Source: an uncultured Verrucomicrobiota bacterium (GTDB lineage: Bacteria > Verrucomicrobiota > Verrucomicrobiia > Limisphaerales > UBA1096). Taken from it: a stretch of 49,483 bases of DNA. This document shows, piece after piece, positions 8,736 to 18,800 of the stretch; within the stretch, counting starts at the first letter, position 1, and every line of letters begins with the position of its first letter. The notes beneath the pieces were generated by a model, which made no database searches, was not told where the DNA came from, and saw only the letters and a list, made by a program, of their open reading frames with translations. Made by a program: the position numbers and the translations under genes. Location of the stretch: NCBI GenBank assembly GCA_964459315.1, contig CAYWMH010000001.1, positions 1 through 49,483 of the forward strand. The letters are read 5' to 3'.

Positions 8736-10727
8736 ATGAGCGGCGTGTTGACAACTCTCGACTCGCCCGGGCTTGAACTGGTTGTCCCGGCGGGATTGCT
8801 GCTGGTCGCGGTTGCACCGTTCCTTGGCCGGGCGACCCGCCTGCAGGCCGCCGGACTGGTGGCGCTGCCCCTCGCGCTGTCCGCCGCCCTGGGAATCTTC
8901 AAGTACACCGCGGACACGCACAACGACACCTCGCGCGCCAGGCTGCTCTCCTCCGCACCGGCGCAGTCCACTCTCAAGCCGATCAGCGCGCCAGGCAACC
9001 ATTACATCTCGTCACAAACCTGCCGCACCTGCCATCCCTCCGAGTATCGGAGTTGGCACCAAAGCTACCATCGCACGATGACACAGTTGGCCAAGCCGGA
9101 AGCGGTCCTGGCCAAGTGGCACGGTACCAAGCTTCCGCTTGGCCAAGCGGAGCTGCAGCTCGAGAAAAAGGGTGACGAATACTGGATCACCACGGTCGGC
9201 GCGGATGGCATCAAGCCGGTCGAACAGCGCGCGACCCTGACCACCGGCTCGCATCATCTGCAGGTTTATTGGGTCGCCGACGCCAAGGGCAACCTGCAGC
9301 ATCCCTTCCCCTACGGCTGGCTGGTTGCCGATCAAAAATGGGCACCAGTGTCGGACACCTTCTTACGCGATCCGAACCTCGCCCCGCCTGACGCCAAGTG
9401 GAACAACGTTTGCATCAAGTGCCACGCAGTCGCCGGCCGCCCTGGCGTCGATGCCCGCACCCGCACTGTCAACACCGAGATCGCGGAATTGGGCATCGCC
9501 TGCGAAGCCTGCCACGGCCCGGCCGGGACACACATCGCGCATTACCAGAATCCGGCCAACCGGTACCGGGGGCACTTGGGCGGCGGCAAGCCCCACAGCA
9601 TCCTCAACCCCGGTGGGGGATTCGACCATCGGTTGTCGGCGCAAGTCTGCGGCCAGTGCCACGCCTACCAGTACACCCCCAACAATGGGGACTGGCTCAA
9701 GAATGGCCCGCGGTTTCTGCCGGGCAACCCGCTAAAAGCCAACACGACAGTTGTGCACGCCAGCTCATTTGCCGGCACACAGCCAGCTCTGGGAGAGGAG
9801 GCCAAAGCGTTTCTCTCTCAGCACGGCCATCCCCACCCCGGCGACGAATGGTTAAACGACCGGTTCTGGCCGGACGGCATGGTCCGCGTCACCGGCCGTG
9901 AGTATAACGGCCTGCTCGACACACCCTGCTTTCAGCGAGGCAAAATGTCCTGCCTCTCCTGCCACTCGATGCACGGCTACCACGACCGCAATGACCAGCT
10001 CGCGCCCCGCATGGATACCAACGAGGCGTGCCTCCAGTGCCATGACAAATTCCGGGAAAACCTGGCCGCGCACACCCGCCACAACGCCGCGTCGGCCGGC
10101 AGCCGTTGCTACAACTGCCATATGCCGCACACAACCTACGGCCTGCTTGGCGCCATCCGCAGCCACCAGGTCGATTCCCCCGACGTCACGACCCAGTTGA
10201 AAACCGGCCGCCCCAACGCCTGCAACCTCTGCCATCTCGACCAGACCCTCGACTGGACCCGGCGCCACCTCGCCGAATGGTACGGGCATCGGAAGCCGCC
10301 GCTCGACGACGACGACAAGTCGATCTCATCGATTCTCAGGATGCTACTACAGGGCGACGCCGGCCAGCGCGCCATCGCCGCCTGGCACATGGGCTGGGAA
10401 CCGGCGCGGCGCGCCTCCGGCGGGGACTGGCAGGCACGGTGGCTGATCCGCACAATGGACGACCCATACGCGGCAATCCGCCATATTGCCCACAAGGCGC
10501 TGACGGCCCATCCCCCCCTAGCCGGCGAGCCGTTCGACTACACTGCCCCCTTGGCCAAGCGCGCCGGGCAGATCGACGCCATCCGGCGGCGCTTGGCCAA
10601 CGCCGCGCCGCTTGGCCAGGCACCGCGGGCCGAACTTCTGCTCGCCGCCCGGGGCCACCCACTGGAAGATAACGCCAGCCGGTTGACCGCCAAGCGCAAC
10701 AACCGCCCGATGACCTTGCAGGAATGA
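8736..10727 (+). CDS. Membrane-anchored octaheme c-type cytochrome with a C-terminal helical (HEAT-like) region
   Basis: It has eight CxxCH motifs (CRTCH, CIKCH, CEACH, CGQCH, CLSCH, CLQCH, CYNCH, CNLCH) and two N-terminal hydrophobic helices. It starts 6 nt after the CotH stop. Confidence 0.9.
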   Translation: MSGVLTTLDSPGLELVVPAGLLLVAVAPFLGRATRLQAAGLVALPLALSAALGIFKYTADTHNDTSRARLLSSAPAQSTLKPISAPGNHYISSQTCRTCHPSEYRSWHQSYHRTMTQLAKPEAVLAKWHGTKLPLGQAELQLEKKGDEYWITTVGADGIKPVEQRATLTTGSHHLQVYWVADAKGNLQHPFPYGWLVADQKWAPVSDTFLRDPNLAPPDAKWNNVCIKCHAVAGRPGVDARTRTVNTEIAELGIACEACHGPAGTHIAHYQNPANRYRGHLGGGKPHSILNPGGGFDHRLSAQVCGQCHAYQYTPNNGDWLKNGPRFLPGNPLKANTTVVHASSFAGTQPALGEEAKAFLSQHGHPHPGDEWLNDRFWPDGMVRVTGREYNGLLDTPCFQRGKMSCLSCHSMHGYHDRNDQLAPRMDTNEACLQCHDKFRENLAAHTRHNAASAGSRCYNCHMPHTTYGLLGAIRSHQVDSPDVTTQLKTGRPNACNLCHLDQTLDWTRRHLAEWYGHRKPPLDDDDKSISSILRMLLQGDAGQRAIAAWHMGWEPARRASGGDWQARWLIRTMDDPYAAIRHIAHKALTAHPPLAGEPFDYTAPLAKRAGQIDAIRRRLANAAPLGQAPRAELLLAARGHPLEDNASRLTAKRNNRPMTLQE

Positions 10728-11230
10728 GCCAACAGAACCCCACTCGGCGCGAACGAAGCGAACAGGCCAGAAACGCCCCGGCCAACCCTGGGCCCCGCGA
10801 TCCCCAGGGGCAGGCCACGCCGCAGGAGCAGTGGCATTTCCGTCTTGGCTGGTGGTCGCTGCTTGTATTTGTGTGCCTCGGCATCGTGCTCGAGGGCATG
10901 CTGGCATTCCGGGTCGGCTGGTACCTCGATGTAGGCGATAACGAGACGCACCGGCTGATGCTCCGGCTGGGCCACGCGCACGGCGCGCTGTTGTCGGTGC
11001 TCAACATCGTGTTCGCAGCCTCGTTGCCTCGGGTGGACCTGCCAGTCGGTGCCCGCGTGCTGGCCTCGCGCTGCCTCGCGGCGGCCACCCTGCTGGTTCC
11101 CGGCGGGTTCATCCTCGGCGGCCTGATCACACACGGAGCAGACCCAGGACTGGGCATCATACTCCTGCCTGCCGGTGCCGTCCTACTGCTGGTTGGCATC
11201 TTTTCGGTTGCCCGCCATACCGGGAAATAA
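10724..11230 (+). CDS. Small polytopic membrane protein of unknown function, translationally coupled to the cytochrome
   Basis: Its ATG overlaps the cytochrome stop (ATGA at 10724..10727). About 4 predicted TM helices follow a polar, disordered N-terminus. I recognise no family. Confidence 0.6.
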   Translation: MSQQNPTRRERSEQARNAPANPGPRDPQGQATPQEQWHFRLGWWSLLVFVCLGIVLEGMLAFRVGWYLDVGDNETHRLMLRLGHAHGALLSVLNIVFAASLPRVDLPVGARVLASRCLAAATLLVPGGFILGGLITHGADPGLGIILLPAGAVLLLVGIFSVARHTGK

Positions 11231-11234
11231 CCGG

Positions 11235-12650
11235 TCAGCCCGGCAAATGCTTTAGCACGAATAGCACGTACACCGTGGCCAGAGCGATGTGAAGCAACGC
11301 GAACGGTAGCGCTTTTTTCACAAAGCCCATGAAGGAAATCGTGAGGTCGTGCTTGTGCATGATGGTCACCGCCACGAGCGTCGAGGCGGAACCGATCGGC
11401 GTCAGGTTGCCGCCGAGGTTCGCGCCGAATATCACCGACCACCACATACCGGGATCAACGGCCGGATCCATCGACTTGAGGATGTTTGACAGCACAGCTG
11501 CCAACGGAATGTTATCGGTCACGCTGCTGGCCACTGCGGAAGAAATCAGCAACAGGCCGCCGCCCACTTTGGCTCCCATGCCGATGATCGGCGCGATGCC
11601 CTTGCCGATCAGGTCGAGCACGCCGGCCTGCTCCATCGCGTAGATAGCGACGAACAGGTAGACGAAAAAGAACAGCAAATCCCAGTCGATGCCGCTGTAA
11701 AACTTACCGACACTCGACTTGAATTTACAAAGCATGATCACTGCGAACATCATCGCCACGAAGCCCATTCCAAGCTTGCCAATTGGCCAACCGTCAAACG
11801 ATGCGGTGGCAATAAAACAAATGAACAGCAAGAGCATAGCTGCGCCGAACCAAAAGAAACCCATGCTCTCGATGCCGTCCATCTCGTCGAAACTCGAAAC
11901 TTGCCTAAGCGCAACAGCGCGCTCCTCGTCGGTCTTGAGCGACTCGATTCCAAATACTTTGGCGCCCATCACGATGGTTGCGGCGGTTGCCACAATGACG
12001 TACGGCGCGGACTTGATGAAGAAAGGCACAAACCCGATCCCAGCTGTGGTGCCGACGATGATATTCGGTACCGACGAGATCAACGTGAGAAGGCCGCCAA
12101 TGTTAGTCAGTAATCCCTCCACCAGCAGGAAGCCGAGTAGCTTTTCTCGTTGGCCAAGCTTGCCCAGCGAGACGGCACTCAACGATCCGACGATGATCAT
12201 TGCCGTGACATTGTTGAGCACGGCGCTGAACACCACAGTCATAACTCCGTAAAACCAAAGCAGCCGGCGTGGATCGCCCCTCGACGCCTTGGTCAGCTTG
12301 ATGGCGATAAAGGTGAACAGTCCCGACTTGCTGGTGACATCCACAAACAGGCTTGATCCAAGGATGATCGTAATCACTCCCCACTCGATTCCGGGAATGA
12401 ACACCGGTAGTTTCATCTCGTGACCGTTGGGGAGATGCACCGCACCAAACGGCAGGATGCCGGTGAATGCACCCAGCAACAGAGCCACCACCGCCGTCAC
12501 CCCGACGATAACCGATTTTTTCGCGTGGATTTTTTCCTCCAGCGCAAGACACAATACCATGGCCCCCAGCAGTCCGGTGAACATGTAGGTGATCCACGAC
12601 GCCACCTCGGCGGCAGGATGACCCGCAGCGGCAATCATCATGAGTTCCAT
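11235..12650 (-). CDS. ArsB/NhaD/CitMHS-type ion transporter superfamily permease
   Basis: Polytopic membrane protein with the motif FGANLGGNLTPIGSASTLVAV, typical of this permease group. I prefer ATG 12650; a GTG at 12659 is the alternative start. Confidence 0.8.
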   Translation of the reverse strand: MELMMIAAAGHPAAEVASWITYMFTGLLGAMVLCLALEEKIHAKKSVIVGVTAVVALLLGAFTGILPFGAVHLPNGHEMKLPVFIPGIEWGVITIILGSSLFVDVTSKSGLFTFIAIKLTKASRGDPRRLLWFYGVMTVVFSAVLNNVTAMIIVGSLSAVSLGKLGQREKLLGFLLVEGLLTNIGGLLTLISSVPNIIVGTTAGIGFVPFFIKSAPYVIVATAATIVMGAKVFGIESLKTDEERAVALRQVSSFDEMDGIESMGFFWFGAAMLLLFICFIATASFDGWPIGKLGMGFVAMMFAVIMLCKFKSSVGKFYSGIDWDLLFFFVYLFVAIYAMEQAGVLDLIGKGIAPIIGMGAKVGGGLLLISSAVASSVTDNIPLAAVLSNILKSMDPAVDPGMWWSVIFGANLGGNLTPIGSASTLVAVTIMHKHDLTISFMGFVKKALPFALLHIALATVYVLFVLKHLPG

Positions 12651-12663
12651 TCCTGCCACCTCT

Positions 12664-13524
12664 CTATAGCATCAGCAACGGTGTCGATCGCAACTCGACC
12701 GCAAGCGGATACGCGATCCCGTGCATTGCCAACTGTTCTTCGTCCTTCGTATACATGACCAGCAGGTCAATTTCATTCTCCTCAACCAACTCCTTGTAAT
12801 CAGCAAGAAAATGCCCAAGTTTAACACAACTCTCCACCTTGATTTGAGAGCCTTCTCTAGCCAAACCGGCTCGACACGACTCGATATACTCCATCGGATC
12901 CTCCAGCAATCGTACTCTGATTTCCTCCCTAGCAATTTCGGTGTCCAAGTCAGGGATTTTCCCAATCGCTGCGATGTAACGCTCAAAAACCGTGTCGTCC
13001 TCAACATGCGCAAGAAAAAGTGTCCCGCCGTCCCGCGTAAAGTGCGCTGCGTGGCTTACCAACCGGTGGTCTCCAGCCAGGTGATCCGTCACCGCCATCA
13101 CCCGGTCGGTGTTCTGAAGAGCGTGGCCCGGCATATTCCCCCGCGCTGGACACGGCAGCACCAGCACCGGAGTCACCGTTGCCTGTGTCAGCACATCCAC
13201 ATGCCGACCCAGGCTCTGCGGCCATTCCCCGGCAGCGCCGTGAAGATCACGGTACGTCACGACCAAATCTGGCTTGGCCTTCTCTACTGCATCGAGCACC
13301 TCCCGAATCCCAAAAGGTGTGTCACCTCCAAACAACTTCCACTCTGGCCCGCCCGGGACCTCCAGCACCGAGAGAAAGCCCTTAGCCAAGTAGAGAAAAT
13401 CATCTCGCTTGGACTCCGGAAGGTCGTGGACAAGCAGCACACGATCGATCTCGACCGGCTGCCGCGCGAACACCTCCCGAGACGCGGCGTTAAAGACGCT
13501 CTCGAATCGATCCAGCGTGGACAT
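12664..13524 (-). CDS. Tandem universal stress protein (UspA-like) domain protein
   Basis: Two USP-like halves (..RVLLVHDL.. / ..DLVVTYRD..TPVLVLP and ..DRVMAVTD.. / DLLVMYTKD...TPLLML). It lies 4 nt upstream of the permease, so the pair is probably an operon. Confidence 0.55.
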   Translation of the reverse strand: MSTLDRFESVFNAASREVFARQPVEIDRVLLVHDLPESKRDDFLYLAKGFLSVLEVPGGPEWKLFGGDTPFGIREVLDAVEKAKPDLVVTYRDLHGAAGEWPQSLGRHVDVLTQATVTPVLVLPCPARGNMPGHALQNTDRVMAVTDHLAGDHRLVSHAAHFTRDGGTLFLAHVEDDTVFERYIAAIGKIPDLDTEIAREEIRVRLLEDPMEYIESCRAGLAREGSQIKVESCVKLGHFLADYKELVEENEIDLLVMYTKDEEQLAMHGIAYPLAVELRSTPLLML

Positions 13525-13591
13525 GCCGCCGACAGGATAAAAGAGATGACAAAATCATCAAGCCATATACCGCCCCCGCTTGGCCAAGCGC

Positions 13592-14473
13592 TCACTCGCC
13601 GCGCCATTGGGCCAGGCGCTTGGCCAGGCGGGCTTCCGCTTCGGGCGGGGTGATAAGGTTAGGCAGGTCGGTTTTCAATTGCTCAAGCGTCGGGATTTCG
13701 CCCCAGGCAGTGACGCCGAACACCTCCGCCATCGGCTCGCCACCGAGGCCAAGCTCGCGGTTGCGCTTGGCATAGCGATGCTCAAGCGTCGCGCGCCATT
13801 CCTCCCTCGACTTAGGCACGTCCATGTCGTGCCGCCCGACCCACGGCAACCACTCGGTCACTTGCGACTGGTGGCACCATGTCATGTCCACCATCAACTT
13901 GAACGCCGCACTGACATCCACCGCCAAGTCGAACGAGTTCGCCCCGAACATATACGAATCATATGCGGTGAGGATGACCGGCACCTTGCACGGCTTGGCC
14001 TCGGCCGCGTCGGACGGGTACTCCGGCGTGAAGGCGTGCGGCACGTTGATCATGTAGGCCACCTTGCGCACCGCCTCGGCCACGGCCACGTGGTCAACGT
14101 GCAGCCCGGCGACCGGGTCGGACGGCATTGGCGGGGCGAACAGGTAGTCCGGCTCGAAGTCGCGGATCGCCTTCCAGAGCGCCGCCAGCAGATCGCTGTC
14201 CACCTGCAGGCAAGCCTCGCGGGGCGGGCGGCCGTTCGGCAGCCGCAGCGGCTCAACCTCGCACTGGGCCAGCTTGGCCGATTCCATCTGCTCGGCCAGC
14301 CGGACGCGCGCCGTCTCCTCCCGTGACATCCGGTGATGCCCCGCCGCCCCGTCGGTGCAGATCACCAGCCGCGCCCGAAAGTCGCCGCCCAACCGCCGTC
14401 GCCACATTTCGAACGTACCGGCAGCGGCAAACTCGTAGTCATCAAAATGCGCGTGGACAAACAACGCCTTCAT
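13592..14473 (-). CDS. PIG-L/LmbE family deacetylase
   Basis: MKALFVHAHFDDYEFAAAGT and LVICTDGAAGHH match PIG-L family signatures. I chose the ATG at 14473 over the TTG at 14497. Confidence 0.7.
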   Translation of the reverse strand: MKALFVHAHFDDYEFAAAGTFEMWRRRLGGDFRARLVICTDGAAGHHRMSREETARVRLAEQMESAKLAQCEVEPLRLPNGRPPREACLQVDSDLLAALWKAIRDFEPDYLFAPPMPSDPVAGLHVDHVAVAEAVRKVAYMINVPHAFTPEYPSDAAEAKPCKVPVILTAYDSYMFGANSFDLAVDVSAAFKLMVDMTWCHQSQVTEWLPWVGRHDMDVPKSREEWRATLEHRYAKRNRELGLGGEPMAEVFGVTAWGEIPTLEQLKTDLPNLITPPEAEARLAKRLAQWRGE

Positions 14474-14540
14474 CGATTGCAGAAAAAGTAGAGCCAAAAA
14501 AACCGGCTCCGCTCAAAAATCAATGGAAGTCCCTGTTTAT

Positions 14541-14813
14541 TTAATTTGGCGGTTTCGGCGCAGCAGCCTTCTTTTCTTTGGCCTCCTTGGCGTTGCCGAC
14601 CGCACCGCCCACGCCGGCACCGATAAGGCCACCGACCAGGGCGCCCTTGTCGCGCTCGCCGGATTGATGGCCGATGATGGCCCCCGTCGCCGCACCAATT
14701 GCTGCGCCCACACCGGCTCCGATTGCCGTCTTTTTTCCCGGCTCCGTGGCACAACCACTCACAAGAAGCATGCCCGCAACCGCCGCCAACAATGTTTGTT
14801 TTGCGCGACTCAT
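14541..14813 (-). CDS. Glycine-zipper small lipoprotein (OsmB/17-kDa-antigen-like)
   Basis: Start at ATG 14813. The lipobox is LLVSGC. Gly-zipper repeats are GAGVGAAIGAATGAIIG and GGLIGAGVGGAVG. Confidence 0.7.
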   Translation of the reverse strand: MSRAKQTLLAAVAGMLLVSGCATEPGKKTAIGAGVGAAIGAATGAIIGHQSGERDKGALVGGLIGAGVGGAVGNAKEAKEKKAAAPKPPN

Positions 14814-14980
14814 TTTGTTTCGAAAACGAGGCAGAGTTTCCACGGTGCCCCCGGTTGGGGCAAGCCAAAACTATGCCCGGCCGTATTTTCCATGGATCAA
14901 CCGGCAACCAACCATGCTACATCCCCGGACGTGGTGAATCGGCTTGCAAGCCATTGGCAAAACCGGATGATCGCCCCCCC

Positions 14981-15832
14981 ATGTTTTCCTCATTTCGAAT
15001 CATTGGTGCCCTCTTTGTGGGCTCACTACTGCTCGGCTTGGCCGCCCCCCGGTTAAACGCACACGACGGGGATGACCACGGCGATGGTAAGCCCAACAAG
15101 GACGAGTTGACGCGCGTCCTCATTTTTTCAAAGACCGCCTGGTATCGTCACCCGGCCATCCCAGAGTTGAACAGTTTTCTCGTTCAACTCGGTGGCAAAT
15201 ACGGCGCGCAATTTGACGTTACCGAGTCGCCGGAGGATTTTTCCCGGCTGCACCTCTATCAAGCCGTGATCTTTAACAGCACCACCGACATCGGCAACTC
15301 GCTCAATGAAAAACAGCGCAAACAACTCAAGGACTGGTACCAGGCCGGGGGCGGCATCATGGCCCTCCACGCAGCGGCGGTGCATCACAATACCTGGCCA
15401 TGGTGGACCAAACTCGTCGGGTGCGACTTCAACAGCGACTCCGATTTCGTCAAGGCCAAGCTCATCGTGGATCCGGAAAACAAGAATCATCCTTCGGTGA
15501 AAGGCTACGGCCCGGAGTTTTACTACACCGCCGACTGGACGAACCACGACAAATCCGTCACCGGTCTGCCCGGCGTAAAGGTACTGCTGCGAATCGACGA
15601 AACCAGCTACGACCCCGTCCGCGAATACTTCAAGACCCGCGGTGGCAAGCCAATGGGCAAGGATCATCCGGTGAGCTGGATTCGGGAGTTCGAGGGCGGC
15701 CGCTTTTTCTACACCGAACTTGGCCACGAGGTGAAATCGCTCGCCACCAAGTTCGGCCATCAACACCTCATGGAAGGCCTGCGCTGGATCACCAAAACCA
15801 AGCGCTTCCACCGTGACCCGAAGAAAAAATAA
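14981..15832 (+). CDS. ThuA-domain protein (secreted)
   Basis: ATG 14981 gives a signal-like MFSSFRIIGALFVGSLLLGLAAP. ThuA-type motifs: RVLIFSKTAWYRH, GGGIMALHAA, HPVSWIREFEGGRFFYTELGH. The longer track ORF (14699) overlaps the lipoprotein gene. Confidence 0.8.
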   Translation: MFSSFRIIGALFVGSLLLGLAAPRLNAHDGDDHGDGKPNKDELTRVLIFSKTAWYRHPAIPELNSFLVQLGGKYGAQFDVTESPEDFSRLHLYQAVIFNSTTDIGNSLNEKQRKQLKDWYQAGGGIMALHAAAVHHNTWPWWTKLVGCDFNSDSDFVKAKLIVDPENKNHPSVKGYGPEFYYTADWTNHDKSVTGLPGVKVLLRIDETSYDPVREYFKTRGGKPMGKDHPVSWIREFEGGRFFYTELGHEVKSLATKFGHQHLMEGLRWITKTKRFHRDPKKK

Positions 15833-18800
15833 TGAGTCGTTGGTTCTGCACTCTTTTTGTTTCCCTTGCGCTTGGCCAAGCGCTGTTGGCTCAGCCCGTG
15901 GATGGCCGCAACAAACCAAGCGGGAAAAAGGCCCCGATCGAAAGCCCCGATCTCGCACGGTACGCGCTGTTTGAAAAAACTGCGCCCCGACCGGAATCCA
16001 CTTCACCGGTCGACACCCAACTGCCGCTCAAGGTTGAGCCGGGTATGAGCATTGCGCTAATCGGCAACACGCTGCTCGACCGCTCACAGGATTTTGGCTA
16101 CCTCGAAACGCTCATTCAGCAGGCGTACCCGGCTCATCGACTGACAGTGCGCAACCTCGCCTGGTCGGCGGACTCGCTCCACTACCAGCCACGACCGGCC
16201 AACTTCGCCGACACGGATCAGCATCTGGTTTTCATCAAGGCCGACATCATTTTTGCGGCTTACGGTTTCAACGAATCGTTCGCGGGGCCGGACGGCTTGG
16301 CCGAATTCAAAACCAAGCTCACCGAGTTCGTGCAGGCGAGCAAGGCCAAGGCGTTCAACGGCAAAAGAGGACCGCAGCTTGTGTTGCTCTCGCCGATCGC
16401 CAGCGAGAACATCACCGGGGTCGACGCGGCAAAAAACAACAAAAACATCCGACTCTACACCCGCGCCATAAGCGAGGTGGCCAAGATGCAAAAAGTCGGC
16501 TTCATCAACGTCTTCGACTCTACCAACAAGGCGATGGGTTCCACCGGAAATGACCTCACATTCAACGGTTGCCACCTCAATGACGCCGGCTACCGGCTAT
16601 TTGGCAACTTGGTTTTTAATGCGGCATTCGACCAGCCCACCCCGGTCATCAACGAGGAAATTCGTGCGGCTGTGCTGGAGAAAAATAAACAGTTTTTTCA
16701 CCGATATCGGCCGGTGAACACCTTTTATTACACTGGCGGGCGCAACCGCAGCTACGGCTATCTCGACTTCCTCCCGGCGATGCGCAACTTCGACATCATG
16801 ACCGCCAACCGCGACCAGCGCATCTGGGACATCGCTGCGGGTAAACAGGTACCAGCGAAGATCGACGACTCAAACGTGCCGCCTTTGCCCGCGACCAAGC
16901 AAAGCCGCGGCGCCAATCGCCTGCTTTCGCCCGAGGCCGAGTTGGGCGAGTTCGAGGTCGACCCGAGGTTCGACGTGACGTTGTTCGCCTCAGAGACGGA
17001 CTTCCCGGAACTCGCCTGCCCCATCCAGATGCGATGGGACTCGCAGGGGCGGCTGTGGGTCAGTTGCTCGACGACCTACCCGCACGTTTATCCCGGCAAC
17101 GAGCCGAACGATAAACTCGTCATCCTCGAGGACACAGACGGCAATGGTCGTGCAGACAAGACTTCCGTCTTCGCCGACGATCTGCACATCCCATTGTCGT
17201 TCGAGTTTGGTAACGGCGGCGTCTACGTCTCGGAGGAGCCGCACTTAACGTTTCTCAAGGACACCGATGGCGACGGCCGGGCGGACACACACGAAAAACT
17301 GCTCACCGGTTTCGGCTGCGAGGATTCGCACCACGCGCTGCACGACTTCGCGTGGACACCGGACGGCGACCTGATTTTTCGCGAGGGGATCTTCCACCAC
17401 AGCCAGGTCGAGACACCTTACGGCCCGGTGCGGCAGCGGGACAGCGGTTGGTTCCGGTTCGAGCCGCGCAGTCACCGACTCACCTCGTTTGGAACCCACA
17501 TGAGCACCAACCCTTGGGGTGTCACGTTCGACGACTGGGGACAGCACATGGCCAGTTACCCGATTTACGCGCAGGCATTCCACGCGCTCGACCCGGCCTA
17601 CCCGGTGCAGCACCCGCGCCCGATCGGCCTGCGCGCCTACTCCGGCACGTGCGGCCAGGAGTTCGTCGATTTCCCCAACTGGCCGGAGGAGATGCAGGGC
17701 GGCTTCGTCAAGGTGCGCTACAAGCCAAGCAACCGCGTCGAGTTCCACCGCTGGGTCGAGTCTGACTTTGGCTACGAGGAGGAATACGTCGGCAACCTCG
17801 TTTTCTCGCGCAACCTCAGCTTCATCCCGGTCGACCTGCGGTACGGCCCGGACGGCGCGATGTACGTCTGCGACTGGTACAACCCGGTCAAGGGCCACGC
17901 CCAATACTCCCTGCGCGACAAGCGGCGCGACCGCGTCAGCGGCCGCATTTTCCGCATCATGCCCAAGGGGGCCAAGCCGCAACAGATGCCGCAGATCGCC
18001 GGCGCTCCGCTTGGCCAACTGCTCGACATCCTCAAGCGCCCGGAATACCGCTACCGCTACTGGGCCAAGCGCGAACTGCGCGATCGCGACCCGGCCAGGG
18101 TCAAGGCCGCGCTCGATGCGTGGGTGGCCAAGCTCGACCCGACTGCCCCCCGCCATCGGCATCACCAAATCGAGGCCGTCTGGCTTTACCGCGGCATAGA
18201 CGCCATGAATGCAGGGCTGCTCGCAGAGCTACTCGAGTGCGACAACCACAACGCCCGCGCCGCGGCGACGCACCAGTTGCGCTACTGGCACGATCAACTC
18301 GAGAACGGCCAAGCGTTGCTCCGCAAACGCGCCAACGACCCAAGCGGCCTCGTTCGCATGGAGGCCGCCATCGCTGCGAGCTACGTCGGCACCCCCGCCG
18401 CGCTCGACGCACTGCTCGACACCCTCAATCACCCGAGCATCGGCCACCTCAGCTACGCCATCCGCACCGCGCTTGGTTCCCGCACGATCGAGCCGTTGTG
18501 GAAAGGCAGCATCGACTTCGCCGCCGCGCACCCGGAACTGCCGAAGTTCATGGCCGCATTCGATCTCCGCCAGAAAATGGCGCCCAAGCGCAACACCTCC
18601 GCCCGGGACGCGGAGTTTGATTCGCAGAAAAACCTGAAGGTCGTCAAAATCTCGGCGGTGAAGGAGCGAATGCTGTATGACGTCACCCGGTTTGTGGTGC
18701 GCGCCGGACAGCCGGTGCGGATCGACTTCACCAACCCGGACGCCACCGCGCACAATATCGTAATCGTCGCCCCCGGTGCCGACGAGGAAATCGGCTTGGC

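Noticed and set aside
14699-14980. Longer N-termini suggested by the track for ThuA (14699), MoxR (38154), PSCyt2 (3381), the C13-like gene (28004), sulfatase (22233, TTG) and PIG-L (14497, TTG).
   Set aside because: Each extension overlaps a neighbouring gene or lacks signal-peptide logic. The internal ATG/GTG starts give signal peptides or the 4-nt coupled overlaps seen throughout the operon.
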